In this document: positions 6,101 to 13,503 of the stretch, in pieces
Layout: every line of letters begins with the position of its first letter
Position numbering within the stretch: the stretch's first letter is position 1
DNA from: an uncultured virus (IMG/VR IMGVR_UViG_3300013120_000767)
Taxonomy: Duplodnaviria > Heunggongvirae > Uroviricota > Caudoviricetes
DNA length: 20,000 nt
Virus record (IMG/VR): IMGVR_UViG_3300013120_000767
Coordinates: 114,076 to 134,075 of that record
Strand: one strand, 5' to 3'
Position numbers and translations under genes: made by a program
Notes under the pieces: generated by a model
Told to the model about the DNA's origin: nothing
Database searches by the model: none
The model's input: the letters and a program-made list of their open reading frames with translations, nothing else

Positions 6101-9100
6101 ATGCCGGACAGGACGCTCCCCCGGGACTACTCGGAGAACTTGAACGCTGCCATGCGCGCCCTTGAGGGGCAGTTCCCGGTCAAGTACGGGAAGAGGGAGT
6201 TGCGGCTGTCCGAAGTAGAGGTGGAAACCCCCAAGGACCCCACTGATGTCAGCGCCCAGAAAGCTGCTCGGGTGCAGGGGAAGAAGTGGGGCGTAGGTAT
6301 TCGGGGGACCGTGGCGCTGTATGAAGAGGGGAGGCTTGTAGACAAGCAACGGCTGCGCTTGGTGAATGTGCCCGTGCCTACTTCCAGGTGGAGCTACATC
6401 GTCAATAACAGTGAGTACTACCCCATTACTCAGAACCGGCTGAAGCCGGGGGTGTTTATTCACCGCAAGCAGACAGGGGATACCGTTGCCTCTTTCAACC
6501 TCTCCCGGGGGAGGAACTTTGAGGTCCTGTACAGCCCGGAGCGGCAGCTCTACACCTTGAAGTACGGGGACACCAATGTCCCTCTTTACCATGTCATGAA
6601 GGCCTTGGGGGTGGATGACGGTGACATGCGGTCCGCCTGGGGTGCAGAAGTGCTCCAAAAGAATGCAGCGACTAAGCCCAAGTTGGTCCGGTTGCTGGCA
6701 GCGGCGGGGGTGGACTCCAACGAGAGCGGGGCCCCCCTGTTGGTCCGGGAGATGTTCTCCGCCATGGAGATGAGCACTCCTGAAGTGCCGGAGAAGACTA
6801 TTGGGTTGAAGACTACCAAGGTCTCCTCCCAGGTGATGCTCCTCTCTTCTCGGAAGTTGCTGAACGTGGTGCGGGGGAAGGACACACCGGACCGGAGAGA
6901 CTCGTTGGAGTACCGTTGGTTCATGAACATGCCTGCGTTCGTGCATGAGCGGATCAGCCGAGCGGGAGTGACCGGGAAGCTCAAGTACCGAATGGCCAAA
7001 AGTGACGATGTGACGGCTATCATGGGTGGGTCCTCCCCGTACGACAAGTCGGTGTGGAGCATTTTCACCTCCGCCGGCCTGGCCGACCGGGCGCCGCAGA
7101 CCAACCCCTATGCGGAATTGGGCGCAGTGGGCCGGGTCAGCATCATGGGGGAGGGGGGCATCTCCAACCCCGACGCCATCACTGAGGCGGCCCGCTCCGT
7201 CTACCCCACGTTTGTGGGCGTCATCGACCCGGTGGTGACGCCGGAGAGTGAGAAAGCGGGGGCGGTGTACCCCCTTTCTATCGGTGGTACGGTGAAGAAC
7301 CGGGAGCCTGCTCTCAGGGTACGCGAAGTGAAGACGGGCCAGCCCCACACGTTCACGGTGCGGGAGCTGCTCAATACCCCGTACGCGCTCACTGATGAGT
7401 ATGCTCAGGCAAAGAAGGCTGGGCGGAACGTACGGGCCATCAAGGGCGGCAAGGTAGTCGAAGTGCCGGCCGGGAGCGTGAAGTACGTTATCGACCCGGC
7501 TACTACTTTCTCAGAGGTGACCCTGTCCACCCCGTTTGCCACTGCCACCTCCCCCAACCGCTTGGAGATGGTGTACCGTCATTTGACTTCCGCTATTGCC
7601 TTGCGGGACCGGGAGGTTCCGCTAGTACTGACGGCCACGGACAACGGTCGAATAGTGGAGCGAGTAATTGGAGACATGGTGGTGATGCGCTCTCCCGTGA
7701 ACGGAACCGTGGTTTCCGTGAACAAAGACCGCATTCTGGTGAACGGGGAGGACGGGCGGAAGCACAAGGTCTTCATCCCCCATATGTTCCCCTTGAACGA
7801 CGGCCGATCGGTGGAGCACCACGAGCCCGTAGTGAAGAAGGGGGACAAGGTCAAGAAGGGCGACCGCCTCACAGAGGCCAACACTACTCGGGACGGGCTC
7901 ATCGCCATGGGGGTGAACGCCCGGGTAGGCTACATGGCCGACGGGTTCAACTTCGAGGACGCCATCACCATCAGCGAGTCCTTTGCCGCCAAGCTCACTT
8001 CTACAGCTATTGTGCAGAAGCACTATAGCGAAGACGCTGAGGTGGACGCCGCGTTGTTCTCCCGCACTGTACGGCCGCTGTCGGTGGAGGAGCGGGCGAC
8101 GTTGGAGGATGGGGTGGTAAAGCCAGGTACTTTGGTCCGAGAGGGGCAAATCCTGGTGGCCGGGGTGAAGAAGCAGGCCATGTCCAAAGAGGAGCGCCTA
8201 CTGGGCAAGAAGTTGGGGATGGAGACGCTCAGAGACGCCTCGGTGGTGTGGGATCGGCAGACCCCCGGAATCGTGCAAGAGGTGGAGAAGACGCCGGATG
8301 GGTACTACATCGCTGTGGCGGTGGAAGAGGTGGCCAAGCTGGGCGACAAGCTCAGTGGCCGGCATGGCAACAAGGGCGTATGCGGAAAGATCAAACCGGA
8401 TTCGGAGATGCCCACCACCAGGGACGGGAGACCGCTTGATGTCTTGCTTAATCCTGTCGGAATCGGGGGGCGTACAAATCCCTCCCAGATGTACGAGACT
8501 CTGGTAGGCAAAGTTGCCAAGAAGAAAGGGCACCCCATTGCGGTCAGCAGCTTCTCCGGAGGTGTCCGTATTGTTGATGTCCCGGCGCATGAGCGCACCT
8601 ACTGGGTTGGGAGGGGGGAGGAGCGCAGGCCGATCAAGAAGCACATCGAAGCTTACAGCTACGAGCGGGACTTCGTTGAGGAAGTGGCGGAGCTCCTGAA
8701 GAAGAACGGGATGTCCGACACAGAGGAGGTCTTCGTTGACGGCAAGAAGGTGGGGGACGTCCTGGTGGGGTACCAGTACTTGCTGAAGCTCATCCACCAG
8801 GCCGAGCACAAGATGAATGCTCGAGGTGCCGGCTACCCCTACGCGTACTCCGCTGAAGGTACCCCGGTAAAAGGTGGGGAGGCCGGAGAAGGCGAAGTAG
8901 GGAAAGCCCAGTCTGCCGACCGGGGGATGGCCATGGCCCTACTTGCACACGGTGCTGGCGAGAACATGCGTGAGGTGCTCAGCTATCGTGGTGACAAGGA
9001 CAACGATGCAGTGTGGACCGCCATTCAACTGGGGCAAACCCTACCCCCTCCTCGGGTCCCCAAGGTGTACCACAAGTTCGAAGCCTACCTGAATGCGGCC

Positions 9101-12100
9101 GGGTTGAAGCTGGAGAGGGAAGGGGACGAGATGTGGCTCTTACCCATGACCAATAAGGAGATCCTGGCTCGTTCCAACGGTGAATTGACCAAGCCCACCA
9201 TGTTCTCCGGCAAGACCGGCAAGGCAAAGGCGGGGGAGCTCTTCGACTCGAAGATTACGGGTGGTTTGGACGGCTCGGGCTGGGGCCATATTCGTCTCCC
9301 TTACGAAGTCCCCAACCCAGTGTTCATTTCCCCCATCTCCAAGATCTTGGGCTTGACCCGTGCGCACGTTATCGCTGTGGGCAGCGGGCAAAAGGGCCTT
9401 CAGTACGAGGACGGGAAGTACACGGCGGTAGATGGGCCGGGCAACACCACGTTAGGTAAGGCCCTTAGGGAATTGGACGTCCGAAAGGAGCTGAGCAAGG
9501 GAGGCGACCCCCTACGTCAGAGGTTCCTCCGGGCTCTGGATGAGCTGGGCGAGGGAGCGGACGTATACATGCTCCGCAACGTCCCTGTGATACCCCCGGT
9601 CTTTCGGCCGGTTACCTCTATGAAGGGGCGGCTGATTATTTCGGACCTGAACCTCCTGTACGGCGACCTTATTGCCACTGGCAACTCACTTAAGGGGTTG
9701 AAAAAGGAAACCCCTGAGCTCATGGCTTTCGAGGAGGGGAGAAACGCCCGGGGTAAGCTTTACGCCGACGTAGCCGCCCTGTTCGGTTTAGGCAAGACGG
9801 AACACTACAGGGAAGCCAAGGGCATCTTTCAGCAGCTGCACGGGACCGGCTCGGTGAAGTTGGGCATGGTCCACCGCAACATCATGCGGCGTCGGCAGGA
9901 CTTGTCCGGGAGAGCCGTGATTGTCCCCGGGCCCGGTTTGCACCTGGATGAGGTAGGAGTTCCGCGGGAGATGCTGCGGGAGATGTACCAGCCCTTCATT
10001 GTCCGAGAGCTTGCTACTTTGGGATTAACCCCTTTGGTAGCTAAGAAGCTCACCGAGGACCGTCCTGAGGACCCCCTGGTTGAAGCCGCCCTGAAACGGG
10101 CTATTGCTGACCGCCCGGTGTGGCTGAAGCGGGACCCGGTGCTTCACAAGTTCGGCGTTATGGCCTTCTTTCCCCGCCCGACCAACGAAAACGTCATTGA
10201 ATTACACCCCCTGGTGACCAGCGTGTACAACGCGGACTTCGACGGGGACACCTGCTCTCTCTTCGTCCCCGTTTCCGACGAAGCGGTCATCGAAGCCAAG
10301 CGCAGCATGCCCTCGAGGCTGCTCAGGAGTCCCTCCAGCGGCGATTACCTGTACACTCCGACCCATGAAGCGCTGATGGGGCTTTTCGACATGACTGCGG
10401 TGAGGGGAAAAAAGGCAAAAAAGGGCTTCGGGGACCTCAAAAAGGCCATTGCTGCCCAAAAAAGAGGGGAGATCGGGGTCACGGACCGCATTCGGGTGGC
10501 AGGGAAGGAGACCACCCTCGGCCGGAGCATGATTCAAGGCCTCTTACCTCCCGAAATGGCGAGTTTTTTGGCTGTTGGCGCTCCCCAGTTGGACAAAAAG
10601 CGCCTCCAAGCCCTCGCAGAGACCTTGGGGGTGGTCTCGCCCGCCCGTTACGGGGCGGTCATGGACGGCTTGAAGAATTTGGGCTTCGAATACTCCTACC
10701 GTTCAGGCCTGTCGGTGTCCTTGGGGGATTTGACGCCATTGAGGGCTGAGCGCCGGAGGTACTTGAGGCAGTTGGAGGGGGCGAAAAACAAGGAAAAAGC
10801 TGTGCGGGACGTGGGAAGAGCCCTGGAGAGACAGCAATACCCCCCCGGGAGCACGTTTACCCGGATGAATCGGGCGGGGTTGAAACCGGCCAAGGCAAAT
10901 TTGCAGCAAATGCTGCTTTCTCCCCTGTTTGGAGACTGGGGGGAGGGCAACCTCGTGCCGGTGAGGAGGGGGTACGCCGAGGGAATGAACAGTATGGACT
11001 ACTGGTCCACGGCGCCGACGGCCCGCAAAGCAGTGGTGCAGTCCGTGCGGTCCGTACGCATCCCTGGAGACATCACCAAGCAGATGTTGGCCGCCACCAT
11101 GAGCTCGGTCATCGCCACCCGTGATTGTGGGAGCACCGGCAGCGTACGCCCGGTGTCCGATGCCGTGGACAGAGTGCTGGGGGAAAGCACCGCGGGGGTC
11201 AGAGCAGGCACTATCATCACTCCAGCCGAGGTAGATATTTTCCGGCGCAAGGGAGTAAAGCAGGTAAGGGTACGTTCCCCCCTGAGCTGCCGCAACGGGG
11301 AAGGGATCTGCGCCAGGTGTTTCGGGCAGACTGAGCATGGGCCGGCCCAGTTGGGGGACAACGTCGGTATCAAGGCCGCCCAGGCCCTGGGGGAGCGGGG
11401 AACCCAATTGACGCTTCGCAGCTTTCACCTCGGCGGCTTCGGGGAGCTCCCCCCCCTGGACCAGGTTACCAACCTTCTCCGTTTGCCCCAGAACTTGCCT
11501 GGTAAGGCCACTCTTTCCCATTTGGCGGGGAAGGTGGCCTCGGTTGAGAAGGTCCCCGACGGCACATACGTGCATGTAACGGGGAGTAAAGGGAAGGGGA
11601 AGTACTTCGCTCCGGTGGGCCGCGCGGTTGTGGTCAAACGGGGTCAGTCCGTGAAGTTGGGGGAGGCCCTCACTACCGGTTTGGTGGACCCGAGGGAGGT
11701 GCTTGCCGTGACCAAGAGCTTACCAGCCGCTCAGCGGTCGATGGCGGACAGCTTGATGGCTGTCTACGGCAAGTATGGCATCGACCCCCGGAACGTGGAA
11801 GTGTTGGTCAGGGCCGTTACCAACTTAGCGGTGGTGGACGACCCCGGCTCTTCCAATAAGATCAAGGGGGAGTATATCCCCTACTACCAAGCCCGGGCTT
11901 GGAATCGCTCCCACGACAACTCGTTGAGGGTAACTCCTGTGTTGAAGGGGGTGACGGCGTTGCCGCAGCATCGAGATACCTGGTTGGAGTCCCTCGGTTA
12001 TCGGGGCGTCAAACAGACCCTCATCAGGGCCGGGGCGACCGGGGAGAGGGCTGAAGTTCATGGGCTGCACCCTGTCCCTGCCTGGTTGAGCGGGGCGGAG

Positions 12101-12139
12101 TTCGGCAAGCCCAAGCGAGAAGGTAGGCCCGGGTACTGA
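6101..12139 (+). CDS. rpoBC: Single-chain DNA-directed RNA polymerase, fused beta-beta' (RpoB-RpoC-like), phage-encoded, 2012 aa
   Basis: beta motifs: QNRLKPGVF, QTNPYAEL..GRVSIMGEGG, IDPVVTPES, GFNFEDAI, GDKLSGRHGNKG (8342-8377), DVLLNPVGIGGRTN, VGYQYLLKLIH. beta' motifs: WGHIRL, VPVIPPVFRP, QDLSGRAVI, KRDPVLHK, YNADFDGD (NADFDGD at 10229-10249), RDCG...RSPLSC..ICARCFG, GERGTQLTLRSFHLGG (11390-11437). No stop at the junction near 9100-9140. SD GGAGG at 6090-6094. Confidence 0.97.
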   Translation: MPDRTLPRDYSENLNAAMRALEGQFPVKYGKRELRLSEVEVETPKDPTDVSAQKAARVQGKKWGVGIRGTVALYEEGRLVDKQRLRLVNVPVPTSRWSYIVNNSEYYPITQNRLKPGVFIHRKQTGDTVASFNLSRGRNFEVLYSPERQLYTLKYGDTNVPLYHVMKALGVDDGDMRSAWGAEVLQKNAATKPKLVRLLAAAGVDSNESGAPLLVREMFSAMEMSTPEVPEKTIGLKTTKVSSQVMLLSSRKLLNVVRGKDTPDRRDSLEYRWFMNMPAFVHERISRAGVTGKLKYRMAKSDDVTAIMGGSSPYDKSVWSIFTSAGLADRAPQTNPYAELGAVGRVSIMGEGGISNPDAITEAARSVYPTFVGVIDPVVTPESEKAGAVYPLSIGGTVKNREPALRVREVKTGQPHTFTVRELLNTPYALTDEYAQAKKAGRNVRAIKGGKVVEVPAGSVKYVIDPATTFSEVTLSTPFATATSPNRLEMVYRHLTSAIALRDREVPLVLTATDNGRIVERVIGDMVVMRSPVNGTVVSVNKDRILVNGEDGRKHKVFIPHMFPLNDGRSVEHHEPVVKKGDKVKKGDRLTEANTTRDGLIAMGVNARVGYMADGFNFEDAITISESFAAKLTSTAIVQKHYSEDAEVDAALFSRTVRPLSVEERATLEDGVVKPGTLVREGQILVAGVKKQAMSKEERLLGKKLGMETLRDASVVWDRQTPGIVQEVEKTPDGYYIAVAVEEVAKLGDKLSGRHGNKGVCGKIKPDSEMPTTRDGRPLDVLLNPVGIGGRTNPSQMYETLVGKVAKKKGHPIAVSSFSGGVRIVDVPAHERTYWVGRGEERRPIKKHIEAYSYERDFVEEVAELLKKNGMSDTEEVFVDGKKVGDVLVGYQYLLKLIHQAEHKMNARGAGYPYAYSAEGTPVKGGEAGEGEVGKAQSADRGMAMALLAHGAGENMREVLSYRGDKDNDAVWTAIQLGQTLPPPRVPKVYHKFEAYLNAAGLKLEREGDEMWLLPMTNKEILARSNGELTKPTMFSGKTGKAKAGELFDSKITGGLDGSGWGHIRLPYEVPNPVFISPISKILGLTRAHVIAVGSGQKGLQYEDGKYTAVDGPGNTTLGKALRELDVRKELSKGGDPLRQRFLRALDELGEGADVYMLRNVPVIPPVFRPVTSMKGRLIISDLNLLYGDLIATGNSLKGLKKETPELMAFEEGRNARGKLYADVAALFGLGKTEHYREAKGIFQQLHGTGSVKLGMVHRNIMRRRQDLSGRAVIVPGPGLHLDEVGVPREMLREMYQPFIVRELATLGLTPLVAKKLTEDRPEDPLVEAALKRAIADRPVWLKRDPVLHKFGVMAFFPRPTNENVIELHPLVTSVYNADFDGDTCSLFVPVSDEAVIEAKRSMPSRLLRSPSSGDYLYTPTHEALMGLFDMTAVRGKKAKKGFGDLKKAIAAQKRGEIGVTDRIRVAGKETTLGRSMIQGLLPPEMASFLAVGAPQLDKKRLQALAETLGVVSPARYGAVMDGLKNLGFEYSYRSGLSVSLGDLTPLRAERRRYLRQLEGAKNKEKAVRDVGRALERQQYPPGSTFTRMNRAGLKPAKANLQQMLLSPLFGDWGEGNLVPVRRGYAEGMNSMDYWSTAPTARKAVVQSVRSVRIPGDITKQMLAATMSSVIATRDCGSTGSVRPVSDAVDRVLGESTAGVRAGTIITPAEVDIFRRKGVKQVRVRSPLSCRNGEGICARCFGQTEHGPAQLGDNVGIKAAQALGERGTQLTLRSFHLGGFGELPPLDQVTNLLRLPQNLPGKATLSHLAGKVASVEKVPDGTYVHVTGSKGKGKYFAPVGRAVVVKRGQSVKLGEALTTGLVDPREVLAVTKSLPAAQRSMADSLMAVYGKYGIDPRNVEVLVRAVTNLAVVDDPGSSNKIKGEYIPYYQARAWNRSHDNSLRVTPVLKGVTALPQHRDTWLESLGYRGVKQTLIRAGATGERAEVHGLHPVPAWLSGAEFGKPKREGRPGY

Positions 12140-12147
12140 GGTTTCCA

Positions 12148-13122
12148 ATGGCTGCAGAAATAAGAGAAGTCACTATTGTTTCGGTGGACCCGGAGAATAA
12201 GCTGGCCACTGTCCGTTTGGACTACGGCACGGCCAAGGACCCGGTTATCATCCCGGATGTGCGCCTCAATGCGTTCAAGGGGGGGAAGGCCTCCGGAGCC
12301 ATGCCGGAAGAGGGCGAGCCTTGGTTGGCGTTGAGGACTTCCGAGTCAGCTGAGCAATGGTTCCTGCTGCAGCCGCGGGACCATGAAGGCACGATGAACA
12401 CTGACCTTGATCCCGGCGACCATGGGTGGGTGCTCCCCCTGGGCAGTCGCATAGTGCTCCGCAAGAACGGGCGTATCGAGTTGTATAGCAAAGCCACCGC
12501 GTCCATTTACTTAGTGCCCAGTCAGGACTTAGTGCAGATCCTCACCAGCAATTACGAGCTGGTTACGCCGCAGGGGAAGATGTCCTGGAAGGATGCGGTG
12601 TTGGACTTCGTGGTTGGTCACGACTTAGGTGAGTCTACCCTCCACATGCGGTTTGGGAGCACCGGCAAGGACTTCGGAGTCAAGGACTGGGCAGGGGAGG
12701 GGGGAGCCGTGTACTCGAGCGTCGTGTGCGGGGCTTTCCACGCCGAAATTGCGGCTGACGGCAGTTACTCGGAGGAGGCCCAGACGCGGGGGGTTTCGGT
12801 CAAGGGGGACAGCTACACCGATGTAGAAGGACACACTTTCGGCACCTTTAAGGACTCCATGACGCTGGAGACTGAGGCGGTAGATATTAACACCTTGAAG
12901 ACCGTGTACTGGTACGCCAAGCTCTCGGTGACCTTTGAGGCGCCTGAAATTCGTTTCGATACGCAGCGGCTGATACTGACTGAGGAGGACGGGTTCGTCA
13001 TTGACGGGGTCAAGTTCATGCAGTGGTTGACAACCGACTTTCTGGTCACCCCGGCCGGGACGATCAACCCCTCCTGTTTGTTGACCTTCCCTGGTGTGCT
13101 GAATTTCAAAGTGCAGGTGTAA
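12148..13122 (+). CDS. Putative baseplate hub/spike protein (T4 gp5-N / P2 gpV-like OB fold followed by beta-rich repeats)
   Basis: N-terminus VTIVSVDPENKLATVRL...IPDV...AMPEEGE, then DLDPGD..WVLPLGSRIVLRKNGRIELYS, typical of contractile-tail spike proteins. SD GAGGT. Confidence 0.6.
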   Translation: MAAEIREVTIVSVDPENKLATVRLDYGTAKDPVIIPDVRLNAFKGGKASGAMPEEGEPWLALRTSESAEQWFLLQPRDHEGTMNTDLDPGDHGWVLPLGSRIVLRKNGRIELYSKATASIYLVPSQDLVQILTSNYELVTPQGKMSWKDAVLDFVVGHDLGESTLHMRFGSTGKDFGVKDWAGEGGAVYSSVVCGAFHAEIAADGSYSEEAQTRGVSVKGDSYTDVEGHTFGTFKDSMTLETEAVDINTLKTVYWYAKLSVTFEAPEIRFDTQRLILTEEDGFVIDGVKFMQWLTTDFLVTPAGTINPSCLLTFPGVLNFKVQV

Positions 13123-13126
13123 CCTC

Positions 13127-13155
13127 TTGTAAAGTAGCCCGGTCATTGCTATGAT
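13127..13155 (+). promoter_or_regulatory. sigma70-type promoter with extended -10
   Basis: TTGTAA (13127-13132), 17-bp spacer, TG-c-TATGAT (13147-13155), in a 63-nt intergenic gap. Confidence 0.7.
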
Positions 13156-13185
13156 TACCTCGAGGTACACCCGGAGGACTCGCAC

Positions 13186-13494
13186 ATGCCGTTAGACGAC
13201 CCGGCTGTTTTCAAGGGCAAGATTTCCGCCGCCATCGTTGCTGCGTATCAAGCCAGTGTCCCCACCGTACCCACTGTCGATATCACAGCGCAGGGGCAAT
13301 CCCTGGACGTCAAGCCGGGCGCGCCGGTAGCTTCGGAAATGAATATGGACCTGGTTGATGCAATTGCCGAAGGGGTGGCAAAAGTAGTCCTGGAGCAGTT
13401 AGCGTTGGCCCTCGTCTGGTTTCCTTCTCCCGGGTTGAAGGCGATCGTGCCTCCTCTCACGGGGGAAGTACAGGGAACCGGCCGGATCAAATGA
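13186..13494 (+). CDS. Small virion protein, possibly spike-associated (102 aa)
   Basis: SD GGAGGA; helix DAIAEGVAKVVLEQL and C-terminal GEVQGTGRIK; follows the spike-like gene. Confidence 0.65.
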   Translation: MPLDDPAVFKGKISAAIVAAYQASVPTVPTVDITAQGQSLDVKPGAPVASEMNMDLVDAIAEGVAKVVLEQLALALVWFPSPGLKAIVPPLTGEVQGTGRIK

Positions 13495-13503
13495 GGTAGA
13501 CAG

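Noticed and set aside
5954..7348. 464-aa minus-strand ORF overlapping the RNAP start
   Set aside because: Antisense shadow of a GC3-rich gene; His/Pro/Arg-rich composition and no recognisable motifs.
6101..12139. Cellular rpoBC locus, or intein/intron in the RNAP gene
   Set aside because: No rplL, rpsL or other housekeeping neighbours and a phage-like context; the protein is shorter than cellular forms and shows no intein ends or homing-endonuclease motifs.
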